Part shown: one piece after another, positions 20,423-29,348 of the stretch | Position numbering within the stretch: position 1 is the first letter of the stretch | Layout of the letters: every line of letters begins with the position of its first letter | Assembly (NCBI GenBank): GCA_001792535.1 | Contig: MGGS01000013.1 | Location: forward strand, 64,692 to 128,691 | Length of the DNA stretch: 64,000 nt | Direction: 5' to 3' | Source: Candidatus Woesebacteria bacterium RIFCSPHIGHO2_02_FULL_42_20 | GTDB taxonomy: Bacteria; Patescibacteriota; Microgenomatia; UBA8517 | The notes under the pieces: model-generated | What the model was told of the DNA's origin: nothing | What the model saw: the letters and a program-made list of their open reading frames with translations, nothing else | Database searches by the model: none | Made by a program: the position numbers and the translations under genes

Positions 20423-21226
20423 TTAAAATAAGATAATTTCTCGAAAATTCCTTTTTCTTAATATAAACACTCCGTATGACAAATATTTCATATTTTCACT
20501 GAATAACGTCATGATATTGAACATTCTGTTTATTGCGGCTTCTTCAATATTAGCCTGCCATCTCTTTTGACGAACAAGCTCGGTACAGTAATTCAGTATT
20601 TTCTCCTGGGTAACAGGCTCTGTCTTATTTTTATAACAATAATACATTTCAAGGTCCGCTTTGCTATAGTGATCTATCCAGTACTTTATTGGCCAGGGTA
20701 GTATTTTTGTTCCCATTAAGTGATTGATTTTATCAATCAACTTCTTGGGAGGTTTAGAATGGTAATAAAAATTGATATCGCCAACAAAACCCCAATCTTT
20801 GGTGGTTCTTCTGTATTCGCTTAATGCCCGTGGTATATCAGTGATGAAGGCTGTAGAGCCACCACTCATTACCAAATCAAATTCCCCATTTTCAAATGGT
20901 AAACTCTTTCCGTCTGCTTTAATAAAATTTACATTTCTCTTTAGATCAGAGTGATATTCATCGAGCATCCTGTTGGCTGTTTTTATCATTTTCCCGCTTA
21001 TATCTATCCCCGTTACTTTGCAATGAGTTAAGTGGGCAATCTCAAAAGAACAAAACCCAGTATTACAACCAACATCCAGAACTCTTGAGTTCCTATCTAA
21101 AAAGGTATTTTGTACGAGTTTTTTTATAGAATCTTTTCCTCCGGGGGGACGGTTGATCTCATCGAGCGTAGCTATAAGTTTAACGTAACTAAGTCTTTCT
21201 ATTAATTCTGGTGTAATCTTATCCAT
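20423..21226 (-). CDS. Class I SAM-dependent methyltransferase-fold protein
   Basis: RPPGG, VLDVGCNTG, LPFENGEFDLV. Confidence 0.85.
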   Translation of the reverse strand: MDKITPELIERLSYVKLIATLDEINRPPGGKDSIKKLVQNTFLDRNSRVLDVGCNTGFCSFEIAHLTHCKVTGIDISGKMIKTANRMLDEYHSDLKRNVNFIKADGKSLPFENGEFDLVMSGGSTAFITDIPRALSEYRRTTKDWGFVGDINFYYHSKPPKKLIDKINHLMGTKILPWPIKYWIDHYSKADLEMYYCYKNKTEPVTQEKILNYCTELVRQKRWQANIEEAAINRMFNIMTLFSENMKYLSYGVFILRKRNFREIILF

Positions 21227-21237
21227 TTACCAATTAT

Positions 21238-21618
21238 TCATTGTAGTTTTCTTGTTATTTCCTTACGTGTCACACTCGATGGACCAAATAAGGTTGAGAT
21301 TTTGTTAAATAATTCTCGTGCTTTATTACTATTGTCTTTTGAGTAGTTACATATAAACACGTTCAAGCTAACGTATCTATATTCAGGCCAAATATGGAAA
21401 GCAATATGAGACTCCGCCAAGGCAACTACTCCAGTTATTCCTCCATTTCCAAACTGATGATAGTACGAACCCAATTCTAAAAAACCTACTGACTTAATTA
21501 ACAAAGAGATTAAAGTCTGTATTTTCCTTTTAGATAAGTTGTTGATTTTTTTTTCATCGTTTCCCCACAAATCACCTACAATTTCTAGACCAACAATTTC
21601 AATTTTTTTACTCATCAT
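21238..21618 (-). CDS. S-adenosylmethionine decarboxylase proenzyme family (SpeD-like)
   Basis: GITGVVALAESHIAFHIWPE with E-S self-cleavage site. Confidence 0.85.
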   Translation of the reverse strand: MMSKKIEIVGLEIVGDLWGNDEKKINNLSKRKIQTLISLLIKSVGFLELGSYYHQFGNGGITGVVALAESHIAFHIWPEYRYVSLNVFICNYSKDNSNKARELFNKISTLFGPSSVTRKEITRKLQ

Positions 21619-21623
21619 ATCTG

Positions 21624-22646
21624 TTAAAAAGTAAATTTCTGACCATTAAATCTTGGTAAAGTTTGCATGTCTCGAATGTCGTTATGTTTTAGTAACCATA
21701 GAAAAAATCTCTCTACCCCTAGCCCGAAACCAGAAGTTTGAACAGGCACCTCATCCTTAATTGTTATATACCATTTATAAGGAGTTTCATCTATTTGATG
21801 TAAAGTAAGGGCTTCCCGCACTTCTTGTCCAGAAAGGTGGCGTTCTCCTGATCCAATAGTCTCACCAATACCCATCAGGAGGTCTGCATTAAGAGCTATC
21901 TTTTTATTTGCTCCAGGCGCAAATTTTTGATAGAAGGGAACAGCCATATGATCAAAATTGGTAAGCCAGACATATCCACCAAAATATTTCATCAATTCCG
22001 CTTCCCCTTTGCTATTAATATTTCGGTAAAGCGCATAACTCTCTACAAAATCGGGGTTGTTATCTAGAATTCTGACTGCCTCTTCAAAGGTGCATTTTGG
22101 TATGTTATATCCGTGCTGTGAGATATACTTAATATGTTCAGTAGTACCAGCAACAGATAATATCTCTTTTTCTAAAGTTTTAAGAAAGTGATTAGAAAGA
22201 TAAACGATATATTGCTCACAAAGTTTAATTACATTATCTAGTGTACCAATAATTTCTGCCTCGGAGTGGTAAAACTGGCCAAGATGACGCTCATCGGCTG
22301 ACTCGCCTCTAAATGATGGCGCGACATAATAAACGCCTTCTTTGTTTATTCGACAAGAGTATTCTAGAAAAAATTGCATGGAATCAGCCAAATAAGTATC
22401 AATTCCAGCAATTTGTACGTGCACTGGCACAGAGTCGCTACCCAAACCCATGGGACTGGAAATTGATCCAGTTGTAATTGGAAGTTGTACAGATTTAATA
22501 CCTCTCTGGCGGTAAAAGCTGACAGTTGCAAAGTTGAATTCGTCCTGTAATAAAGCCAATACTCTATACCATTCGTTTCTTAATGGAATTTTGTAATGAG
22601 TGGACAAATCTTTCCAAGATTTTGGTGGTTTTATTTTATTGTTCAT
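21624..22646 (-). CDS. AsnRS/AspRS catalytic-domain-only paralogue (asparagine synthetase-like)
   Basis: YLADSMQ, FRGE..DERHLGQFYHSEAE, GETIGSGER, GFGLGVER; lacks the OB anticodon domain; ATG at 22646. Confidence 0.8.
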   Translation of the reverse strand: MNNKIKPPKSWKDLSTHYKIPLRNEWYRVLALLQDEFNFATVSFYRQRGIKSVQLPITTGSISSPMGLGSDSVPVHVQIAGIDTYLADSMQFFLEYSCRINKEGVYYVAPSFRGESADERHLGQFYHSEAEIIGTLDNVIKLCEQYIVYLSNHFLKTLEKEILSVAGTTEHIKYISQHGYNIPKCTFEEAVRILDNNPDFVESYALYRNINSKGEAELMKYFGGYVWLTNFDHMAVPFYQKFAPGANKKIALNADLLMGIGETIGSGERHLSGQEVREALTLHQIDETPYKWYITIKDEVPVQTSGFGLGVERFFLWLLKHNDIRDMQTLPRFNGQKFTF

Positions 22647-22742
22647 ATTAATAAAAATTAACTTGACCAAACAGTTATAAAGTCAATTTGTGTATTATAG
22701 ATATGAAAATTGTAATTAACAAACATTTTCTTCACCCGTTAT

Positions 22743-22898
22743 TCATTTTGTGTTGTGCTGTCGATGAAATGTTTGATCTTTCGACTTGCCCTGTGTGAAA
22801 ACATAATTTGAAAACCCGTGTCTTTGGGTCTGTATTTGCAATGCTTTTACAAGATGCAGAGCTGTTGTTTCTTGTGGGTATAAATGATCTTTCTTCAT
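22743..22898 (-). CDS. Small ORF (51 aa) at the head of the island operon
   Basis: MKKDHLYPQETTALHLVKALQIQTQRHGFSNYVFTQGKSKDQTFHRQHNTK, immediately after the attenuator. Confidence 0.4.
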   Translation of the reverse strand: MKKDHLYPQETTALHLVKALQIQTQRHGFSNYVFTQGKSKDQTFHRQHNTK

Positions 22899-22909
22899 AA
22901 CATTACATT

Positions 22910-23038
22910 AAAAAACCTCCTTTCAGGAGGCTTGATTCAAAGAAAGTTTATTACATCAAACCTCCGCCTTGGTCCGATTGACAAGGCGAGAGAGATGAAT
23001 GTAAAAGACAAGATATTTACGCATACGAGGGTATTATA
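22910..23038 (-). promoter_or_regulatory. Leader-peptide transcription attenuator
   Basis: TATAAT, uORF 23024-22956 (MRKYLVFYIHLSRLVNRTKAEV), GGAGGTTTGA/TCAAGCCTCC antiterminator competing with terminator CCTCC-TGAAA-GGAGG-TTTTTT. Confidence 0.7.
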
Positions 23039-23080
23039 ATCTCTCCCCATAATTTTGTAAAGAAATTTTGTAAAGTGGGA

Positions 23081-23115
23081 AGCTCCTATAGTATTGCACT
23101 AGAGGATTTGGGTGG
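23081..23115 (+). repeat. Right copy of 35-bp direct repeat; overlaps the TTGCAC-16-TATAAT promoter of the relA/spoT-like gene
   Basis: AGCTCCTATAGTATTGCACTAGAGGATTTGGGTGG. Confidence 0.8.
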
Positions 23116-23121
23116 TATAAT

Positions 23122-24946
23122 TTGCCAATGTCGATAGCTGAGAATAGAAGCTTTTTTGCCTCTCCTGAGATTGATCCCCAATCCAGACTGGGGATTCTTA
23201 ATATGAATGATGACGACTTAACTGGTCAAGTTCTTCAGGCGTATAAGGTAGCTGAATCGGCTCATAGAGGGCAGAGGAGGTTCTCGGATGAGCCTTATAT
23301 AAATCACTGTTTGGCGACTTTGAGAATTTTGGAAGCTATGGGCATTGAGGATTCAGAGATGCTTATGGCAGCCTTGTTGCATGATGTGGTTGAAGATGAT
23401 ACCGGAATCAATTTGGCAGCGCTAGAGCAGGAATTCGGCAATAGCGTTGCCCAACTGGTTGACGGGGTAACTAAACTACACACCGGAGATCAAGAAACAG
23501 CAGAAGCTTTAAGAGTTGTATCTTTATCTTACCTTGAGCCCAAGGTTGCAATTCTGAAGCTTGCTGATCGATTGCATAACATGATGACTTTGGGGAGCGT
23601 ACCGGACAATGAAAAGAGGATTTAGAAAGGCTAGGGAAACTTTGGAAGTCTACGCCCCTCTGGCCGAGTCACTGGGGATGTATGAAGTAAAAACTTTACT
23701 TGAAGATCTTGCTTTTGCACATATTGCCCCAGATCAGTTCGTACCGGTAAAAAGAAAGGTGGATCAGGATCCCAGATTAGATGATAAGTTTTTAGCATAT
23801 TGGATATCTAGGATTCAGGCGATACTTGACGAGAAGGGAATTAAAGGCTAGATTGAAGTCGCTCGGAATGGCTATTTTACTATAGAGACTAAGCGAAAAA
23901 ACTTGGGCAGTGCTGATACAAGGGGAATTGACGATCTAGTAAGTATAAGGGTGATCCTTCCAACACTCGATGATTGTTACCTGGCGAATGGTTTGTTGCA
24001 TATAAATCTTGGCGAAATTGTGGATTATAGTAGATTTGATGAATTCGTGGGAGCCAATGCCAGAGTCAATGGCTACTCTGCACTCCAGACAACCCTTGAG
24101 ACAAATCAGGGATCTTTAGAGGTTGCCTTGGTGACGCCGCAAATGGAAGAATTTAACCGCTGGGGAGTTGTCAGTTTACTCAGGCGTGGAGAGAGAGATC
24201 TTGAACATTTTACGCTGAAATCGGCTTTCGGGTCGGATGGAAAGGTTTTGTTTTTACCTAAACTGGCGACTGGAGTTGACTTGGTTTGTGCCATGGGGTC
24301 TAGGCTTTTGGCTAATGCCAATGCGATAAAAATAGACAATAGAGAGTTTCCGTTGACGGTAGTTGTTCCCAATGCGGCCAGATTTGAGGTAATTCTTGGT
24401 AATGAAGCAAGAATTGCCCCACTCCCGGAGCTTCTGGATTATTGTCTCCCCGCGACAAAGAGAATAATACTGGGACAGCTGGAAGTTGCGGAAAGATACG
24501 AACTGGCTAGTAAAGGCAAAAAAATATTGGAAGGAGTTCTTTCTCCTCGGGGAATTTTGGATCTCGGGGATGTCGAAGGAGTGGTCAGGGATTTGATCTA
24601 TTCACACGGTAGCCTGGAAGGCTTATATCTCAAAGTCGGATCTGGAGTAGTAAGCAGAGAAGAGGTTGCTCACTGGCTGGATGCTCACGGAATAACTAAA
24701 GATCGGTTGAAGTTAACAACAGTTCGTGTTGCAGGACTTGATCAGCCGGGTATCTTAGATGACCTGATACATCTGATTCGCAGGCAAGGCGATGGTGTTA
24801 ATATTAAAGGAATAGACCTACAAGGGGGAGACGATAACAGGTTTACATTGCGCTTAGTTGTTGAGCAGCTGGAATCTTCGTCGGAAGAAGCTATTCGGGT
24901 GGAAATAGGAAAAGATAGCCGTTTTGATGAATGGGTTGTGGTTTGA
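23122..24946 (+). pseudogene. RelA/SpoT family (p)ppGpp synthetase/hydrolase, disrupted
   Basis: HRGQRR..EPYINH, LLHDVVED, KLADRLHNM, ARETLEVYAPLA, GYSALQT, C-terminal ACT-like region; +1 frameshift near 23622 and in-frame TAG at 23849-23851. Confidence 0.8.
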
Positions 24947-25221
24947 GTTTCGAAATTCGACTTCTATTTTTTGCGTTTTGGGGTGTGGCGTAGTATCATG
25001 GCGGTCATGAAAGAGAATTTTTTGGGTCGACTATTTGGCCATCCTAGAGCTGGAAGTACACCGGCGAAGATTGCTGAAGAGGTTGCGGTTCCTGAAAGTG
25101 CGCTCCCCTATGGTTTATGGGATGGAAAACCAAGTCTTACGGAACATGGCCGCTTGGTGGATGTAACGCTTTTTTCAGCAGCGCCTTCTCTGAATGCTAA
25201 CTCCGGAGGTTCAGGAGGTGA

Positions 25222-25437
25222 TTGATTTTGTCAAGAATGAGAGGTATCATATTTCCAAACCATTTGAGCTTGACTAACATCGAGCAAGGTGAAGGAAGAA
25301 AGCCTTTTGGCAAATAGACCCTTCCGGAGGCGCCCGTAAAAGCGCATAAATGAAGTAAAATTAAGGGTGGCACCGTCCTGAGCGGAATCGAAGGACCCCT
25401 GAAGATTTCTAATATTTAGAAGTTTTCAGGGGTTTTT
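25222..25437 (+). promoter_or_regulatory. T-box riboswitch (Asp, GAC specifier) with promoter and terminator
   Basis: T-box AAGGGTGGCACCG at 25363-25375; antiterminator AGGG-TGGCACC-GTCC...GGAC-CCCT; terminator 25396-25437; GAC at 25317-25319; lies upstream of aspS. Confidence 0.85.
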
Positions 25438-25453
25438 CTGTTAAAATGAAATT

Positions 25454-27256
25454 ATGGAAAGAACATTAGCCAAAGAAACAATTAGTAAAGTCGGTCAAAA
25501 GATCTTGCTCAAAGGCTGGGTAGCGACTATCCGCGATCACGGGAAGATTACTTTTTTGGATTTGAGGGATAGAAGCGGTAAAGTCCAATGTGTAGGTCAG
25601 GGTTTGTCAAAAATAACTACCGAAAGCGTGGTTGAAATTGAAGGCATAGTCGCAAAGCGTCCCGAAAAATTGGTTAACAAAAACTTGGAAACCGGAACAG
25701 TTGAAGTCCAGATCGAAAAGCTTGACGTCTTATCGGTAGCGCAAGATTTGCCAATAGACATGGGTAAAGAAGATTTGGATGTTTCTTTGCCGACTCTGCT
25801 TGACTTCCGCCCTTTGACTCTGCGAAATAAAAAAGTTAACTCCATCTTTAAAGTTCAGGAGGTTGTTATTGATTCTTTCAGAGAAGCCTTAAAGAAAAAA
25901 GATTTTTTTGAATTCCAGGCTCCAGTTTTTATTCCTGAGATTGCAGAGGGAGGAGCAGAAGTATTCAAAGTTCCTTATTTTAGCCACGAAGTCTACTTGT
26001 CTCAAAGCCCCCAGCTTTATAAGCAAATTTTAGTAGGCGCATATGAAAGAGTTTTTTCGGTGAATAAGACTTTGCGGGCAGAGCCGTCGGTGACTACCCG
26101 TCATTTAACGGAGGTTACTACACTTGATGCAGAGTTTGGCTTCATAGATAACTGGACCCAAGTGAAAGATATGGCCGAATACACAATAAAATATATGTTG
26201 AAAGCAGTTGAGGACAAATGCGGTGATATATTGGAAAGTTTTGGGGTTACTATACCAAAGTTTACGGACAGTATTCCGACAATAAAACTTCGTGAAGCAC
26301 AGGAAATTATTTATAGACGAACCAAAAGGGATAATAGAAATGAACCGGATTTGCAACCAGAAGATGAGAGAGAGATCTGTAAGTGGTCACTAGAGGAAAA
26401 GGGGAGCGACTTAGTCTTTGTTTCGCATTATCCAACCAAAAAAAGGCCGTTTTATACATATCAAGAGCCAGAAGACCCTGAATTTACCCAAAGTATGGAT
26501 TTGCTTGGCAGGGGTACGGAATGGATGACCGGTGGAAGAAGAATTAATGATTATGAGTTTTTGATTAAGATGGCAAAGGAGAGAAAAGTTGACCCTGAAA
26601 AACTTGATCTTTATTTGCAGGCCTTTAAGTTCGGAATGCCGCCAGAGGGCGGGTTTTCATTCGGATCAGAAAGGGTGACGATGCACATTCTTGGACTTGC
26701 TAACATCCGAGAAGCCTCACTTTTCCCGAGAGATATGGAAAGAGTAGATATTAGGCTATCAACGATACGAAAAGAAAGCCGAGTTTTGAAGGACGAAAGA
26801 AAAGATATATTTGAGATAATTGTCGATTCATTGGACTCGAAGGACATCCCCTTTGAAAAATATGAACACGAGCCGGTTTATACAAGTGAACAGGCTGCTA
26901 AAATTCGGGGAACTGATATTCATCAGGGAGCAAAAGCGCTGGTCTTACAGGCGGACAAAGATTTTATTTTATATGTTTTACCCGCTGACTTGCAGGCCAA
27001 TTTGGAAGGACTCCAAAATAAACTAAAGGTGAAAAAGTTAAGAATGGCATCCAAAGATTCTGTTAAAGCAAAAACAGGCCTTGAGGTTGGAGCAGTTCCG
27101 CCATTAGGATCATTCGTTGGACTTAAAACCTATGTCGACCCAAGGCTTTCTGAAAATAAAGAGATTGTTTTCAATGCTGGTCGTCACGACCGATCTATAA
27201 AAATGAGATATTCTGACTTCGTTAGACTCGAAAAACCTAAAATTATTCAGTTGTAA
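25454..27256 (+). CDS. aspS: Aspartyl-tRNA synthetase (short, archaeal-like type) fused to C-terminal YbaK/ProX-family domain
   Basis: OB domain FLDLRDRSG, LSQSPQLYKQ, RAEPS..RHLTE, GMPPEGGFSFGSER; tail HEPVYT..GAKAL..GAVPPLG. Confidence 0.9.
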   Translation: MERTLAKETISKVGQKILLKGWVATIRDHGKITFLDLRDRSGKVQCVGQGLSKITTESVVEIEGIVAKRPEKLVNKNLETGTVEVQIEKLDVLSVAQDLPIDMGKEDLDVSLPTLLDFRPLTLRNKKVNSIFKVQEVVIDSFREALKKKDFFEFQAPVFIPEIAEGGAEVFKVPYFSHEVYLSQSPQLYKQILVGAYERVFSVNKTLRAEPSVTTRHLTEVTTLDAEFGFIDNWTQVKDMAEYTIKYMLKAVEDKCGDILESFGVTIPKFTDSIPTIKLREAQEIIYRRTKRDNRNEPDLQPEDEREICKWSLEEKGSDLVFVSHYPTKKRPFYTYQEPEDPEFTQSMDLLGRGTEWMTGGRRINDYEFLIKMAKERKVDPEKLDLYLQAFKFGMPPEGGFSFGSERVTMHILGLANIREASLFPRDMERVDIRLSTIRKESRVLKDERKDIFEIIVDSLDSKDIPFEKYEHEPVYTSEQAAKIRGTDIHQGAKALVLQADKDFILYVLPADLQANLEGLQNKLKVKKLRMASKDSVKAKTGLEVGAVPPLGSFVGLKTYVDPRLSENKEIVFNAGRHDRSIKMRYSDFVRLEKPKIIQL

Positions 27257-27370
27257 TCATGATGGGTGGTTTTTTTGAGTGTTGCCTATTTGTTGCGCAG
27301 GGAGCTTTTGAAAAAATAACTTCTTGTCAATTTGGTTCTTCGACTTTACACTTGAAAATACATTAATTAA

Positions 27371-28276
27371 ATGAAATTGGTTTATTTATCCGCGTCGGCT
27401 TTTGTGATAGTAAGTCTTTTTGCGATAAACTTAGTGGCAGATCGGTATGCTAAGTTAGTGTACAGCGAGGCTAAATCTGTTCTCGCCTACACGATTTCTT
27501 CAAAGTTTGTTCCGCTACTAAATAATCGAGCTTCGGCCCCGATTGTCTCGGCCCCGGGGGCAATGGCCGTGGACCTTGAGACAGGGATTCCTCTCTTTCA
27601 AAAAGACGCTCGTAAAAAGCTTCTTCCGGCATCGACGACCAAAATAGTGACTGCTTTGGTGGCCTTGGAAAGTTATCCATTGGATAAAGTTTTGGAAGTA
27701 AAAAAGGCCGGAGTTGAAGGCCAAAAAATGAGACTTGTCTTGGGGGAACAGATGTCTGTCAGGAATTTACTTTATGGGCTTCTGGTTTTTAGCGCAAACG
27801 ACGCGGCTGAAACCTTGGCGGACAATTTTCCAAAAGGACGAGACGAGTTTGTACGACACATGAACAGTCTGGCCAGAAGACTCAATTTAGCAGACACGTA
27901 TTTTGAAAACCCCACCGGCATAGATGGAAACAATCAGGTTACAAGTGCCAGAGACATGATTCGCCTTGCTTCATATGCCATGAGAGATAAGGACTTTAGG
28001 GAAATTGTATCTACGAAAGAAATTACTGTGGAAAATTTTGAAGGAAATTTAAAACACAAGCTGACGAACCTGAATGAATTACTGGGTCAGGTGGAAGGGG
28101 TTATCGGAGTCAAAACCGGCTGGACGGAGGAAGCAAGAGAAAATTTAGTGACTTATGTCGAACGAGACGATAGACGCATTGCATTGGTTGTTCTGGGCAG
28201 CCAAGACAGGTTTGGTGAAACAAAGGAACTCATAGAATGGATTTTTAACAGTTATAGTTGGATTTACTCGCCGTAA
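27371..28276 (+). CDS. D-alanyl-D-alanine carboxypeptidase (peptidase S11)
   Basis: ASTTK, SAND, KTG motifs. Confidence 0.9.
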   Translation: MKLVYLSASAFVIVSLFAINLVADRYAKLVYSEAKSVLAYTISSKFVPLLNNRASAPIVSAPGAMAVDLETGIPLFQKDARKKLLPASTTKIVTALVALESYPLDKVLEVKKAGVEGQKMRLVLGEQMSVRNLLYGLLVFSANDAAETLADNFPKGRDEFVRHMNSLARRLNLADTYFENPTGIDGNNQVTSARDMIRLASYAMRDKDFREIVSTKEITVENFEGNLKHKLTNLNELLGQVEGVIGVKTGWTEEARENLVTYVERDDRRIALVVLGSQDRFGETKELIEWIFNSYSWIYSP

Positions 28277-29346
28277 TACTCACGGGATACGGCCGGTACA
28301 TAAGCCATGAAATTTTTGTCCCCTTCAAAAACAATTACAGGTTGATAAAAGTCGGTGGGAAAGCCAGCGTCGTAATAAGCCAAATATACTTTTCTGATTG
28401 ACACTGAGCCTTCCAAGTTTTGGCCGATGGAGGCGATGTAGGCTTGGTTGTTTTTTAGTTCCTCGAAAGCATTGGCGGAAGACTTAAGAGAATAGGTCGC
28501 AAACTTTTCTTTGTCTACCGGAAAATAAAGATTCTCGCCCGCTAAGACTTGGTCACGGCCGCCGGATCCCGACAGGATTAGCCAGACATTGGCTTGGTTT
28601 GGGAATGGCGTCAGGCTCGGAAGACTGTCGTATGGTTCCCTAAAAAGGTTTACTTTAATGAGATTAGCTTCGGATAGGGATACTACGGGAATTAAGTTTT
28701 TTTCCTCCACTCGCAGTAGCTCGTGGGTGGCGTCGCCACGACTGATGTCGTCTGCAAGAACATTGGCAGAAGCAAGAATTGCTTTAGCGCGGGGAATGGC
28801 AACTTCGGGTGCTGGTGGCCTGTTTTCAAGGGGACTCAAAAACCCTTCCAGATCGTAGCTTATTGAAAATATCTTGGTGGCGATATTTATCTCGAGCTGT
28901 GAGGGAAGAGAAGGATGTGAAAATCTGTATACCGTCTGTGAGACTCGAAACGGGTCGGTATTAAAGCCAAGTAAGTTTGCCGTAATTCTTGAGCGCTCCA
29001 GTGAATATAAGGTGATGGTGCTTTTGGGCATAAAAAAGACCTTCCCTTGGTCGGGAAACTTTGGCAGCTCGCTGTCGACCGTGTCCAGTTTGTATTCAAA
29101 TTGCGGCAAGCCTTCAACCGCGGGAAAAGGAAGTGACGGGAGTTTTCCAAAGGCCACCGTCGGCTTGGGCGTGGGATCCGGGCGTAGCGACCTGTATACT
29201 TGTCCGCCGATTCCGATAAACGCCCTGCCGAAAATTATCAGGAGTACAAGAATCCATGAAAACCTGATAGCCGTGCGAGTGATCATGGCGACGCGCGTTA
29301 ACTTGGTCATGCTTTGAGTATAGCTTTTTAAGATGCTAGAATTCAA
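28264..29346 (-). CDS. Hypothetical membrane-anchored protein (start possibly 29310)
   Basis: Long ORF with N-terminal TM; no recognised family. Confidence 0.7.
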   Translation of the reverse strand: MNSSILKSYTQSMTKLTRVAMITRTAIRFSWILVLLIIFGRAFIGIGGQVYRSLRPDPTPKPTVAFGKLPSLPFPAVEGLPQFEYKLDTVDSELPKFPDQGKVFFMPKSTITLYSLERSRITANLLGFNTDPFRVSQTVYRFSHPSLPSQLEINIATKIFSISYDLEGFLSPLENRPPAPEVAIPRAKAILASANVLADDISRGDATHELLRVEEKNLIPVVSLSEANLIKVNLFREPYDSLPSLTPFPNQANVWLILSGSGGRDQVLAGENLYFPVDKEKFATYSLKSSANAFEELKNNQAYIASIGQNLEGSVSIRKVYLAYYDAGFPTDFYQPVIVFEGDKNFMAYVPAVSREYYGE

Positions 29347-29348
29347 TT

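Noticed and set aside
22743-22898. Classical microcin C precursor MccA
   Set aside because: It does not end in Asn and no ThiF/MccB adenylase is present.
23849-23851. Stop-codon reassignment (TAG or TGA readthrough)
   Set aside because: Other genes end normally at TAG and TGA, and this gene also has a frameshift.
24971-25225. 84-aa ORF upstream of the T-box
   Set aside because: No motif support; it may be real but cannot be supported from sequence alone.
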